64,000 nucleotides of DNA, taken from Candidatus Poribacteria bacterium (GTDB lineage Bacteria; Poribacteria; WGA-4E; PCPOR2b). The DNA is taken from the NCBI GenBank assembly GCA_965116925.1, contig OZ220744.1, forward strand, positions 6,379,757-6,443,756. The letters run 5' to 3'. The translations under genes and the position numbers were made by a program. The notes under the pieces are model-generated. The model was not told the origin of the DNA and searched no databases. It saw nothing but the letters and a program-made list of their open reading frames with translations. Position 1 is the first letter of the stretch, and each line of letters opens with the position of its first letter. Below are positions 39,749 to 47,746 of this stretch, one piece after another.

Positions 39749-41585
39749 ACGGCATTACTGTTGCAGCAGGTTCATTGACAAACAGATACAGCCAGTAAAA
39801 ACTCGGCAAAGTTTGTTCAATTGGTGTCGGCAATGGCAGGTGAGACGTCATCGGAAGCCGTATGTCCATCTCCATATCCTCTATTAGGGTCTCGAAGAAC
39901 GTCTTCGGCTTTGGCAGTATGATGAGGTCAATCTCATCGGTGGGATCCAGTGCAATTTGTTTTTTAGCAATTGCGAGTGCGGTATCGAGTCCACCGAGTT
40001 CATCGACAAGCCCAATCTCCTTCGCCTGTTTTCCTGTCCAGATTCGCCCTTGTGCAAGTTCGTGGATTTCCGCTTCGGTTTTATCTCGCCCTTCAGCAGC
40101 CCTTCGGACAAAACCTTGATAGATTGTCTCTAACAATTTCTGCAACCGCTCACGCTCCCTCGGTGTAAAATCGCCGTAATCCGAGTAGAGATTCGCATTC
40201 TTCCCGCGTGTGATAACCTCTTTTGTCAGTCCAACCTTGTTGTAGAGTCCTTTGAGATTGAGTTTCCCGCCAAGCACCCCAATTGAGCCGGTAATTGTCC
40301 CCGGTTCGGCGACAATCGTACCTGCAGCCATAGCGATGTAGTATCCGCCCGATCCGGCAACATCCGACATTGATACGATCACGGGTTTTTCCCGTTGCGT
40401 CAGCAGCACCTCCCGCCAAATGGCGTCTGATGCGACCGCAGACCCGCCGGGACTATCAACTCGCATGATGACCGCTTGAATGTCACTGTCCTCGCGGGCT
40501 TCACGAAGTGCCTCCGCCATTACGCCGGGGGTAATAACCTGTCCTGTTGTGAATGGACTGGTAGGTGCATCGGGCATGATGGGACCGGTGGCGTAAATCA
40601 GTGCAACCTTTGCTTTTCCTTCTCCAGAGGTTGGCTGCTTTGACGATGAAAGCATAGAAAAAAGTCTCATGAAACCCGCAAAGCCGGTGAGTTCAGGGGC
40701 TGCCATTGATTTTTTGCCGTATTCGGACACAACTTCGGCTTTTTCCTCCGCACGTTCCTCAATTGATTGCACCAGTTCGTCGTAGTATTGGAGTGCATCA
40801 ACGAGCTTTGCCTGATGTGCTTCTTCGGCAGTAAAAGGTCCTCGATCAATGAGATTCGCAGCCAACGCCGCATCAATTTCACCCCGTCCGTTAGCAATCA
40901 TTTCAACCTGCTGTGCATAAAGATCATCGAGAATCGCATTCATTGTCTCTCTTTGGGCTTCTGACATACTGTCTCGCATGTATGGCTCAATCGCTGATTT
41001 ATACTTGCCGACAGCGTACAGGTCCGCTTTGACCTCTAGTTTATCCAGAAGGCCTCTGTAAAACATCACTTCAGCCCGCAATCCTGTCAAACCGACCATC
41101 CCTGCCGGCATCAACACAATCCGATCCGCGGCGCAGGCGAGCAGATATTCCACATTGCCACCGCTTTCGAGGTAACTGATGACTTCGATTCCATCGCTTC
41201 GGAGTTGGATAATTTTGTCACGGAGTTCCTGTAGCTTCGCCCAACCGATTCCGAGTCCCTCGATCTTCAGCAAGACACCGGCAACTTCGTCGTCCTTGCG
41301 GATATTGTCGATCTGTTTTGTTATGCTGCGGAGGGTTTTGACTTGGGGCGAAAATACAAATGTGGGTCTGACCTCTGCAAGCGGTCCCTTGATTGCTAAT
41401 TCAACATACTTTTGCGAAGGCATCTCCTGTGTATCTGAAGTTTCGTCTAAGGAATTGGCGGGTACTTGTGGTTCAACCGCTTCCTCTCCGTTCCGAGAGT
41501 CTAAAACTTGAGCAAAAACAGAGGAGCAGATTAGAAGGGTACTGATGACGGTGAGCAGCCAGAATCGCTTTGTCTGTTTCGGCAT
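39729..41585 (-). CDS. sppA: signal peptide peptidase SppA (67K type, tandem S49 domains)
   Basis: 618 aa with a signal peptide and two ClpP/crotonase-fold S49 repeats. Confidence 0.85.
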   Translation of the reverse strand: MPKQTKRFWLLTVISTLLICSSVFAQVLDSRNGEEAVEPQVPANSLDETSDTQEMPSQKYVELAIKGPLAEVRPTFVFSPQVKTLRSITKQIDNIRKDDEVAGVLLKIEGLGIGWAKLQELRDKIIQLRSDGIEVISYLESGGNVEYLLACAADRIVLMPAGMVGLTGLRAEVMFYRGLLDKLEVKADLYAVGKYKSAIEPYMRDSMSEAQRETMNAILDDLYAQQVEMIANGRGEIDAALAANLIDRGPFTAEEAHQAKLVDALQYYDELVQSIEERAEEKAEVVSEYGKKSMAAPELTGFAGFMRLFSMLSSSKQPTSGEGKAKVALIYATGPIMPDAPTSPFTTGQVITPGVMAEALREAREDSDIQAVIMRVDSPGGSAVASDAIWREVLLTQREKPVIVSMSDVAGSGGYYIAMAAGTIVAEPGTITGSIGVLGGKLNLKGLYNKVGLTKEVITRGKNANLYSDYGDFTPRERERLQKLLETIYQGFVRRAAEGRDKTEAEIHELAQGRIWTGKQAKEIGLVDELGGLDTALAIAKKQIALDPTDEIDLIILPKPKTFFETLIEDMEMDIRLPMTSHLPLPTPIEQTLPSFYWLYLFVNEPAATVMPFEIVIR

Positions 41586-41701
41586 GGTGCTACCCTTTCT
41601 GATGTGATGTGTGAGATTTGAACGGGTTCATTTTACCAAATGGCGCGGCAGGTTTCAACCCCAAATGAGTATATTTCTTCTGACCTACGCTAATTTTTGA
41701 T

Positions 41702-42556
41702 TCACAGTGGACGGAACTCTACTAAACGGCTGTTGGCATCAAACCCAGGGGCTCCCACATACTGGATGGCATTTAGATTTATGCTATCCGCATGTGCAAA
41801 GTGAATGTGACCACAAAAAACAGCGACAAGGTTCTCTGCCCTCACAAGGGTACGCGCAAATTCTAAGGTTGGGGGTAGATCTTCTCCGGTGCCCCATTGA
41901 TCTCGACCCTCAGGGCCCCAGTCCGGATCAGCGATTAAAATTGGGTTCTCGAAGCGTTCTAATGTTGGCTCCCGCAGCGTTGGAAGGCTCACAGGGATAT
42001 GGGTGAGCAGCACTGTTGGTATTCCGTTTGCCAGATGTGTAGCTACAAACGCTGTCTGTTCTTCGTCTACTTGATAGATGGAATCATCGACCAGCAAAAA
42101 CTGGATGCCACCGATTTCATATCGGGCATACGCCGCCTCTCCGTGGTGCAGCGGTGCCAATGCCTCCCACCATACTTCCCGCAACTCCCCCCGTCCCTCG
42201 ACGCCCGGATAGTGCCAGTCGTGGTTTCCGGAGGTATACAGTACCGGTACGTCCACTTTGTCAATCGACTTCGCGAGGGTTTCGACACCCGCTTGAGAGG
42301 GGAAATGTACCATATCACCGGTCAACGCAACCAGATCCAGAGAGCTGCCCTTGGCTTCTTCCATCAGCTTATCAAAGATCTGTTCTCTTGATGCAAAACG
42401 CTCGCATGCCCCTTGACAAGCCTCTATATGTTCAGCGTCACGGTCATCAATGAGGGCAATGTGTGAATCGGTGATGTGGAGCATCCGAACCGTTTGATCC
42501 AATCCTTCGACGCAAATCGTTGCTGTGTTATCATTCCATTTGTGTGTCGTTCGCAT
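41702..42556 (-). CDS. calcineurin-like metallophosphoesterase
   Basis: GDMVH, GNHD and GHIH metal-binding motifs. Confidence 0.75.
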   Translation of the reverse strand: MRTTHKWNDNTATICVEGLDQTVRMLHITDSHIALIDDRDAEHIEACQGACERFASREQIFDKLMEEAKGSSLDLVALTGDMVHFPSQAGVETLAKSIDKVDVPVLYTSGNHDWHYPGVEGRGELREVWWEALAPLHHGEAAYARYEIGGIQFLLVDDSIYQVDEEQTAFVATHLANGIPTVLLTHIPVSLPTLREPTLERFENPILIADPDWGPEGRDQWGTGEDLPPTLEFARTLVRAENLVAVFCGHIHFAHADSINLNAIQYVGAPGFDANSRLVEFRPL

Positions 42557-42590
42557 GATTGTTTTCCTTGTATGTACCCCAAGTTACTAG

Positions 42591-42905
42591 GTTAGGACTT
42601 ACGCATTTCAGCTCAGTTGGCGCGGGGAAATCAGATGCTCCGCCCCGATAAATCGGAATGCAAGCACCTGCGGTTGGCTGCGTAAATCGCAAAAAGTGTT
42701 AGATTTTGTTAGATTTTGCCAGGGATGCCGTTAAAGTTAGGATTTACGCATTAGAAGATACTTCTGACTCCCGACAAAATGTTGCGGGGCAAGTCCGAGC
42801 GGATTTCCGATAAATCGAGAGCAGGCTCGTGCCCGGGTATGCCCCACCTACAGTTGGCTGCGTAATGCCTATAGGTATTGAAAATCCGTTGGATTGTCGT
42901 TAAAG
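42591..42905. repeat. Degenerate tandem duplication of about 145 and 170 bp. Both units start GTTAGGA(C/T)TTACGCATT, contain CCGATAAATCG and CACCT(G/A)C(G/A)GTTGGCTGCGTAA, and end GTTAAAGTT. Unit 1 also holds an 11-bp repeat GTTAGATTTTG.
   Basis: The two units align to each other. The region is non-coding and sits at the boundary of the AT-richer island. Confidence 0.6.
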
Positions 42906-43023
42906 TTGATGTGTTCAATCTTTCGCTCCAGCGGAGCGATATGTTTATAGAATACCAATGCATCCCATCTCTGCACTCCAGATGAGTGCTATGTGTATAG
43001 CAAAACATGTCTAGCTGCCAGCA

Positions 43024-44541
43024 TTATGAAAGTTGTTCCATAAACCGCTTAGTTACCCGATCTATGGTCTCCTTTACATCAAACAGTGCATCTTCTGCGG
43101 GATATAGCTCGTCCTTCTCAAGTTTCTCATACGGTAAAGCAATTGCATATTCAACCGCTGCAACTTCATAGCAAACTTCTCGGAATTCTCGTGAATCGGT
43201 AGAATTGCCTCCAGTTTCCAGGGCACTAGCGATTTGGGGATGATCTAAGTTTATGAAAATTGTCTTCGTATCTCCGGCGTACCTTGATCGATTTTGTTCA
43301 GTAGTGATACGCTCAAATTCAATGGAGAAAACTGCTTTTCGCCGTTTTTCGTTCTCTCCGCTTGGATCTTTTCTCGGTTTCGATTTATTTTCTCCCTGTG
43401 CAGCCGATTTCTTCCTTGAGGTATTTCCCTGTCCATCTCCACTCCTAGAACGCCTAACCCTTTGCGTCATTTCAAGGTCCAGCTCTTGTTGCGCGAAGTC
43501 TTGATTGAGAATATTCGAGATTCTATTAGCTTCTTTCACCAGCTTTGCTTCCATCGCTGATTGACGTTTTTCACGAGCTTGTCTCACAAGTTCTAATCTG
43601 ATTTCCTCAAGTTCTTGTGAAAGCCAACCTAGCAGCACCACAACCACGGGATTTTGTCGGTTCAGCGTGTTATTTCTTGTGTTGTCAAAGGCTGGAATGG
43701 GCCATTCACCGTCCTCCAAGATTGGGACATCGATCTGTCCAAAAATTTGATTCGCGTTCTCTTTTCTTTCAATTCCTGCAAGTGTCGTTTCATGCCAGAT
43801 GCCGTGAGATAAAATGTCAATTCCTCGCGTATCCTCGTCTAACGGTACAGGAGATACCTTGACATTCAGGGATACGTCCCCAATATGTTGGGCAACTCCT
43901 TTTGGCGGAAGGCGTTCAAATTGTGCTACAGATGGCGGTTCTTTAAACTTGCACACATGCCCGTTTACAGTCACATGGGCACGGGTACGGTAACGGCTGA
44001 GATGGCGTTCAACGTATGACATCACCTTATCAATATCTAGTCGTTTTATGTTAAATTCGCGAATGACTACAATTGTCCCATCGTCTTCATCTGTTGGCTG
44101 ATTTACCTCAATGTCTCGAACAGGAAAAGGTTCGCCACTTTGTGCCTGTTCAATATCTCTCCTGTGCAGTTCAACGATGTTCCGCGAACCTGCCTGAATT
44201 GTGTCAATGCAAAGCAAATTTGCCAAGCCGAAGGCGGCACATTTGCCCGTACCAAATCGTCCTCGGACTCTTTTTCCCTTTTTTCTAAGAGGATTCTCCC
44301 CGTGCATCTCAAAGAAGCTGCCTAGCTCTTTTTCAGACATACCGCGACTGTTGTCAGATATAGTCACTTCATGGCTTGTTATCTCAACAGCAATAATTGC
44401 TCGGAGGTCATCTTTGACAGCGTCCAGAGAGTTTGCGACGTATTCCCAAACTACTCTAGGCATGGTATTAAAATATGCAGCATTCTGAAGGAAATCCCTA
44501 GCTACATTTGAAGTAACCTTGATAGCGTGTTGTCTAGCCAT
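43024..44541 (-). CDS. GHKL-superfamily ATPase (HATPase_c_3, MutL/MORC-like Bergerat fold) with a charged low-complexity linker and a C-terminal domain. The start is taken at the Met of ARQHAIKV, whose ATG overlaps the upstream TAA as TAATG.
   Basis: N-box EYVANSLDAV, G1 box ISDNSRGMS and G2 box GRFGTGKCAAFG, all within the first ~120 aa. Confidence 0.75.
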   Translation of the reverse strand: MARQHAIKVTSNVARDFLQNAAYFNTMPRVVWEYVANSLDAVKDDLRAIIAVEITSHEVTISDNSRGMSEKELGSFFEMHGENPLRKKGKRVRGRFGTGKCAAFGLANLLCIDTIQAGSRNIVELHRRDIEQAQSGEPFPVRDIEVNQPTDEDDGTIVVIREFNIKRLDIDKVMSYVERHLSRYRTRAHVTVNGHVCKFKEPPSVAQFERLPPKGVAQHIGDVSLNVKVSPVPLDEDTRGIDILSHGIWHETTLAGIERKENANQIFGQIDVPILEDGEWPIPAFDNTRNNTLNRQNPVVVVLLGWLSQELEEIRLELVRQAREKRQSAMEAKLVKEANRISNILNQDFAQQELDLEMTQRVRRSRSGDGQGNTSRKKSAAQGENKSKPRKDPSGENEKRRKAVFSIEFERITTEQNRSRYAGDTKTIFINLDHPQIASALETGGNSTDSREFREVCYEVAAVEYAIALPYEKLEKDELYPAEDALFDVKETIDRVTKRFMEQLS

Positions 44542-45122
44542 TACTCCATCTCCTTTGAAAATTTCGTTTGAAGCAGATCCCACAATTCTGATAAGGTCTC
44601 ATTATCGCTTACCGCGTTCGCTATGATTGCGTATCGCCGCTGTCTGGTTTTGATCTGAAAATACTCATTCACCCGGGCAAACTCGTAGAAATCTTGTACA
44701 GTAATCTCTTTTGATTTATCTGCAACGAATAGGTGATATGCTTTTGTACTGAATAAACGGTTGCGCTCTAGCTCCTGGTTTGCGGAAATAGAAGCTTTCC
44801 TGTATTTAGCTGGGAGTTCATCTCTAATAGCATCAAAATCCACAGTTTTTATCCACTTCAAACCTGCAGGACTGAGCATCCAGCCTTTTGTATTATTCCC
44901 GACTATCAATTCTCCACATCGTGCTTTCTTCGCGTCTTGGAGCGCAAAACTAACAGTTGATAAATCAATGTGTTCAGGATATTTTCGCCAATTAAAGCGT
45001 CCTGGTGCAATATCATTTACCTTGAGAGCGACATCCTCACAATCAACGTACGCCGTGTCTCCATCTAAGAGTGCCACGGCTATTGTAACGAACTGTGGTT
45101 TTGAGAATTCAATTCTTTGCAT
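44541..45122 (-). CDS. hypothetical protein (193 aa), translationally coupled to both neighbouring genes
   Basis: The ORF's ATG overlaps the end of the upstream gene by 14 nt and its stop overlaps the downstream start. No motif I recognise. Confidence 0.5.
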   Translation of the reverse strand: MQRIEFSKPQFVTIAVALLDGDTAYVDCEDVALKVNDIAPGRFNWRKYPEHIDLSTVSFALQDAKKARCGELIVGNNTKGWMLSPAGLKWIKTVDFDAIRDELPAKYRKASISANQELERNRLFSTKAYHLFVADKSKEITVQDFYEFARVNEYFQIKTRQRRYAIIANAVSDNETLSELWDLLQTKFSKEME

Positions 45123-47052
45123 TTCCCGCCTCCTTTTCTATCATAACTGTTCTGGTCCATGCGTTGAATGTAAACTTCACGCGCTCTCCCGGTTGACAGT
45201 TCAGCAATTCAAAAGGCTTTTTTAAATGTCGAAATTCATTCTCAACTACGTTTAGTTCACCTGCTTCCTCACTATTAACATAGCAGGGCCAGTTACCACT
45301 TAAATCCCGAAATTGTTCACAAAAAATCGTACCTGAACCTACAGCAACTGCACTGGGGGTGACACTCACTATGATGTTCCCATCCATACGGTATTCAACT
45401 TCCGGACGAAGTGGCTGATGTTCTCTAGCAGCTTGGGCGCGTTCTATATCTTGGTAGGCTATTACCTTCCCGCGCAGCTTATATAAACCTGATTCTATTT
45501 TATCAAACAAGGGAGAAGAATTTAGGGTTGCATGTAAGGTAGGAAAAGATAGTTCACTTTCTACAAAGGCATGAGCTAATTCGGAATGATGCAATACCGG
45601 TCCGATTTCTTCTAAACAATTCATTATGATAGTTTCACCTTTGCTTAGCTTCTCGTCGCGGGCACCCTCCCAATAATACAATTCATTGTCACATTGGTAG
45701 CCGTTAATCCTAAGTATTTCAGCCATCACATCAGGAGGAGGCACAGGAAATATTGACCTTGATCGAGCAGTATCCCTACTTGCTAGGTATTCTGGTACAG
45801 AGGATCCTGACCTTGATATTCCGTGTCTTAGACCAGCACAGATGTCATCAATATTCAATTGTCCACAGTACTGAAACATCTGATGTAGGCAGCGGTGAAA
45901 AACATCACGGGATGAAATTTGGGAAGGACTGGGAGTAAACCATCCTGTGGAAAGAGCTCTGTATCCTAGTCCTTGCAAGATATCTGTTATCTCTTCTAAT
46001 TCTATTTCCATTTCTTGGGATAGCCACCTAGCATATACGCCTCCGGAAAACTTCCTGTGCCGGTTGATGAGTCTTTTGGCTTTATCAGATAAAGTGTCAA
46101 CCGCATGTAGTATTTTAGCCGGGACATCTGATTTGCCTTTGGCTGCAAGTTGTACAGCATACTGTAAATTCTTAGGCATTTGCAGCCAACGAATCTTACA
46201 ATCAGTAAACAGATTACAGATTGCAATCATGGCTTCTACTGTGTTCGTATCGACAAAGTCCTGTGATGTCCAATCACCAACGAGTCCTGATGACCGAATA
46301 CGCTGCGCCCATCCTGCATAGGTAATATCGAGACCTAAATCTCTCGCGATGAGGAAGGCGGACTGCATTCTATGCAGAGCGGGTTTAGTCTTTAGGTTGC
46401 TGATGGAGATGGCCTTTTCCTTGAGCTCACTGCGTATCTGCCTTACTCGTTCACGCGAAATACCTAGCTTCTCCCCAGTTTGTCTCAGGTTTTTAGGTTC
46501 TAAACCATACGTGGAGAGTAAAACGGGTACACAGTGTTGGCCGGGAATCTGGTTGAGGAAAAACTCGATTTCCTCACAGATATTGAGTGAAGAGCCTAAA
46601 ATGGTTGCTAAAACCTCATATACATGATTACTCTCTATCGTTTTGATCTCCGCACGCCAGTCTTTAACCCAGTCTTTTATCGATTTTTCTGCAATAGGCA
46701 CCTCATAGTGGAGCAATCCTCTTGATAGCTGCTTCTTGACTAATTGTACTTGCCACATAACTACTACCCATGAAATTTCATTATCTTGGGGTGTAATTGT
46801 ATCTGTATTCGCTTTAACCTCAGAATCACCGAGGATTTTCACCTGATCCAGCTTATTTTTTATTTCTAAGATAGATTTTCTTCCGAGACCGGGAGTTGTT
46901 CGGAGTCTGTCCGATTCAACTAGCTGTAAGACTTCTCCAACTGTCTGAATACGGGCGCGTGTGAGGGCGTTGAAGGAACGATTGGTTAGGTTTAATTGAT
47001 CGATGGAATCTTCCGGTGAAAGATTAGCATAATTTAGGAAAAGTTGATTCAT
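45109..47052 (-). CDS. 647-aa protein with an N-terminal RNA-polymerase alpha-subunit CTD-like helix-hairpin-helix (aa ~22-68) and a sigma-70 region-4-like helix-turn-helix (aa ~176-214). The rest has no recognisable domain.
   Basis: LTNRSFNALTRARIQTVGEVLQLVESDRLRTTPGLGRKSILEIKNKL versus RpoA alphaCTD (SANCLK..IGDLVQ..LLKTPNLGKKSLTEIK), and LGISRERVRQIRSELKEKA versus sigma-70 region 4.2 (GVTRERIRQIEAKALRKL). Confidence 0.6.
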   Translation of the reverse strand: MNQLFLNYANLSPEDSIDQLNLTNRSFNALTRARIQTVGEVLQLVESDRLRTTPGLGRKSILEIKNKLDQVKILGDSEVKANTDTITPQDNEISWVVVMWQVQLVKKQLSRGLLHYEVPIAEKSIKDWVKDWRAEIKTIESNHVYEVLATILGSSLNICEEIEFFLNQIPGQHCVPVLLSTYGLEPKNLRQTGEKLGISRERVRQIRSELKEKAISISNLKTKPALHRMQSAFLIARDLGLDITYAGWAQRIRSSGLVGDWTSQDFVDTNTVEAMIAICNLFTDCKIRWLQMPKNLQYAVQLAAKGKSDVPAKILHAVDTLSDKAKRLINRHRKFSGGVYARWLSQEMEIELEEITDILQGLGYRALSTGWFTPSPSQISSRDVFHRCLHQMFQYCGQLNIDDICAGLRHGISRSGSSVPEYLASRDTARSRSIFPVPPPDVMAEILRINGYQCDNELYYWEGARDEKLSKGETIIMNCLEEIGPVLHHSELAHAFVESELSFPTLHATLNSSPLFDKIESGLYKLRGKVIAYQDIERAQAAREHQPLRPEVEYRMDGNIIVSVTPSAVAVGSGTIFCEQFRDLSGNWPCYVNSEEAGELNVVENEFRHLKKPFELLNCQPGERVKFTFNAWTRTVMIEKEAGNAKN

Positions 47053-47214
47053 AATGCAAATCCTTATCTTTAGTAAAGCACCCCGTACTTGGCAAGTACC
47101 AAATCTGCCAATTTACTTAATGTGGTAATCATAGTGCTGAATTTGTACCTGATGACAAGCTAAACATACGATTCAATACGGTTAATTCCTTTTACTATGT
47201 CTTGAAGGTATACG

Positions 47215-47559
47215 TCATAGGTTCGTGACATACTCTACCTGTTTTTCAATATAAGGTTTCAAGTCCGATTTAACGGACTGAACGGCAACAAGGTCAACCT
47301 TCTTCTCAAACAGATCTTCGAGGAAGAGAACAAGCCCCATGTAGTTGCGAAAAGTTGATTTTTCTAATTCAACGAGTAGATCAATGTCACTTGTAGCGTG
47401 TGCTGTTCCATTCACGTAAGATCCGAACAATCCGATTTGCTTGACCCCAAACTTCCTCAGTGTATCCCGGTTATCCGCAAGTGTCTGTTTGATAAAGTGC
47501 TTGCTGAGAACTGCTCGGTTTTCCAACTTAAAACCCTCCACTGAAGCCTTTAAGAGCAT
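47215..47559 (-). CDS. minimal nucleotidyltransferase (MNT, MntA-like) of a HepT/MntA-type toxin-antitoxin pair, without a detectable HEPN partner
   Basis: GLFGSYVNGTAHATSDIDLLVE (G-S-x9-13-D-x-D) motif, 114 aa. Confidence 0.75.
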   Translation of the reverse strand: MLLKASVEGFKLENRAVLSKHFIKQTLADNRDTLRKFGVKQIGLFGSYVNGTAHATSDIDLLVELEKSTFRNYMGLVLFLEDLFEKKVDLVAVQSVKSDLKPYIEKQVEYVTNL

Positions 47560-47665
47560 GGCTAGCAGTTACAATGCTTTTATGAAAATGATCTTTTACT
47601 CGTTTAGGTAGCGACTTAACATTATTATACATCTTTTTATGTCGTTTATCAAACGAGTCCTGTAG

Positions 47666-47671
47666 TATAAT
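47666..47671 (+). promoter_or_regulatory. TATAAT -10 hexamer about 75 nt upstream of the isochorismatase-family gene, in an AT-rich intergenic region
   Basis: There is a sequence match to the -10 consensus only. The -35 element is poor. Confidence 0.2.
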
Positions 47672-47746
47672 TACACCACGACTAAATAAAAAAATCCAAG
47701 CAGCAAATTGTCTCAGAGAATCTACGGAGGAAAAAGGAGGATAACC

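Noticed and set aside
42751-43008. 85-aa ORF between the metallophosphoesterase gene and the GHKL gene
   Set aside because: It lies within the degenerate tandem duplication, with no RBS or motif. It is most likely spurious.
47053-47214. Possible HepT/HEPN toxin gene downstream of the MNT
   Set aside because: Only a 20-codon ORF (MITTLSKLADLVLAKYGVLY) fits, and it has no Rx4HxY motif. No HEPN-like frame was found on manual six-frame reading.
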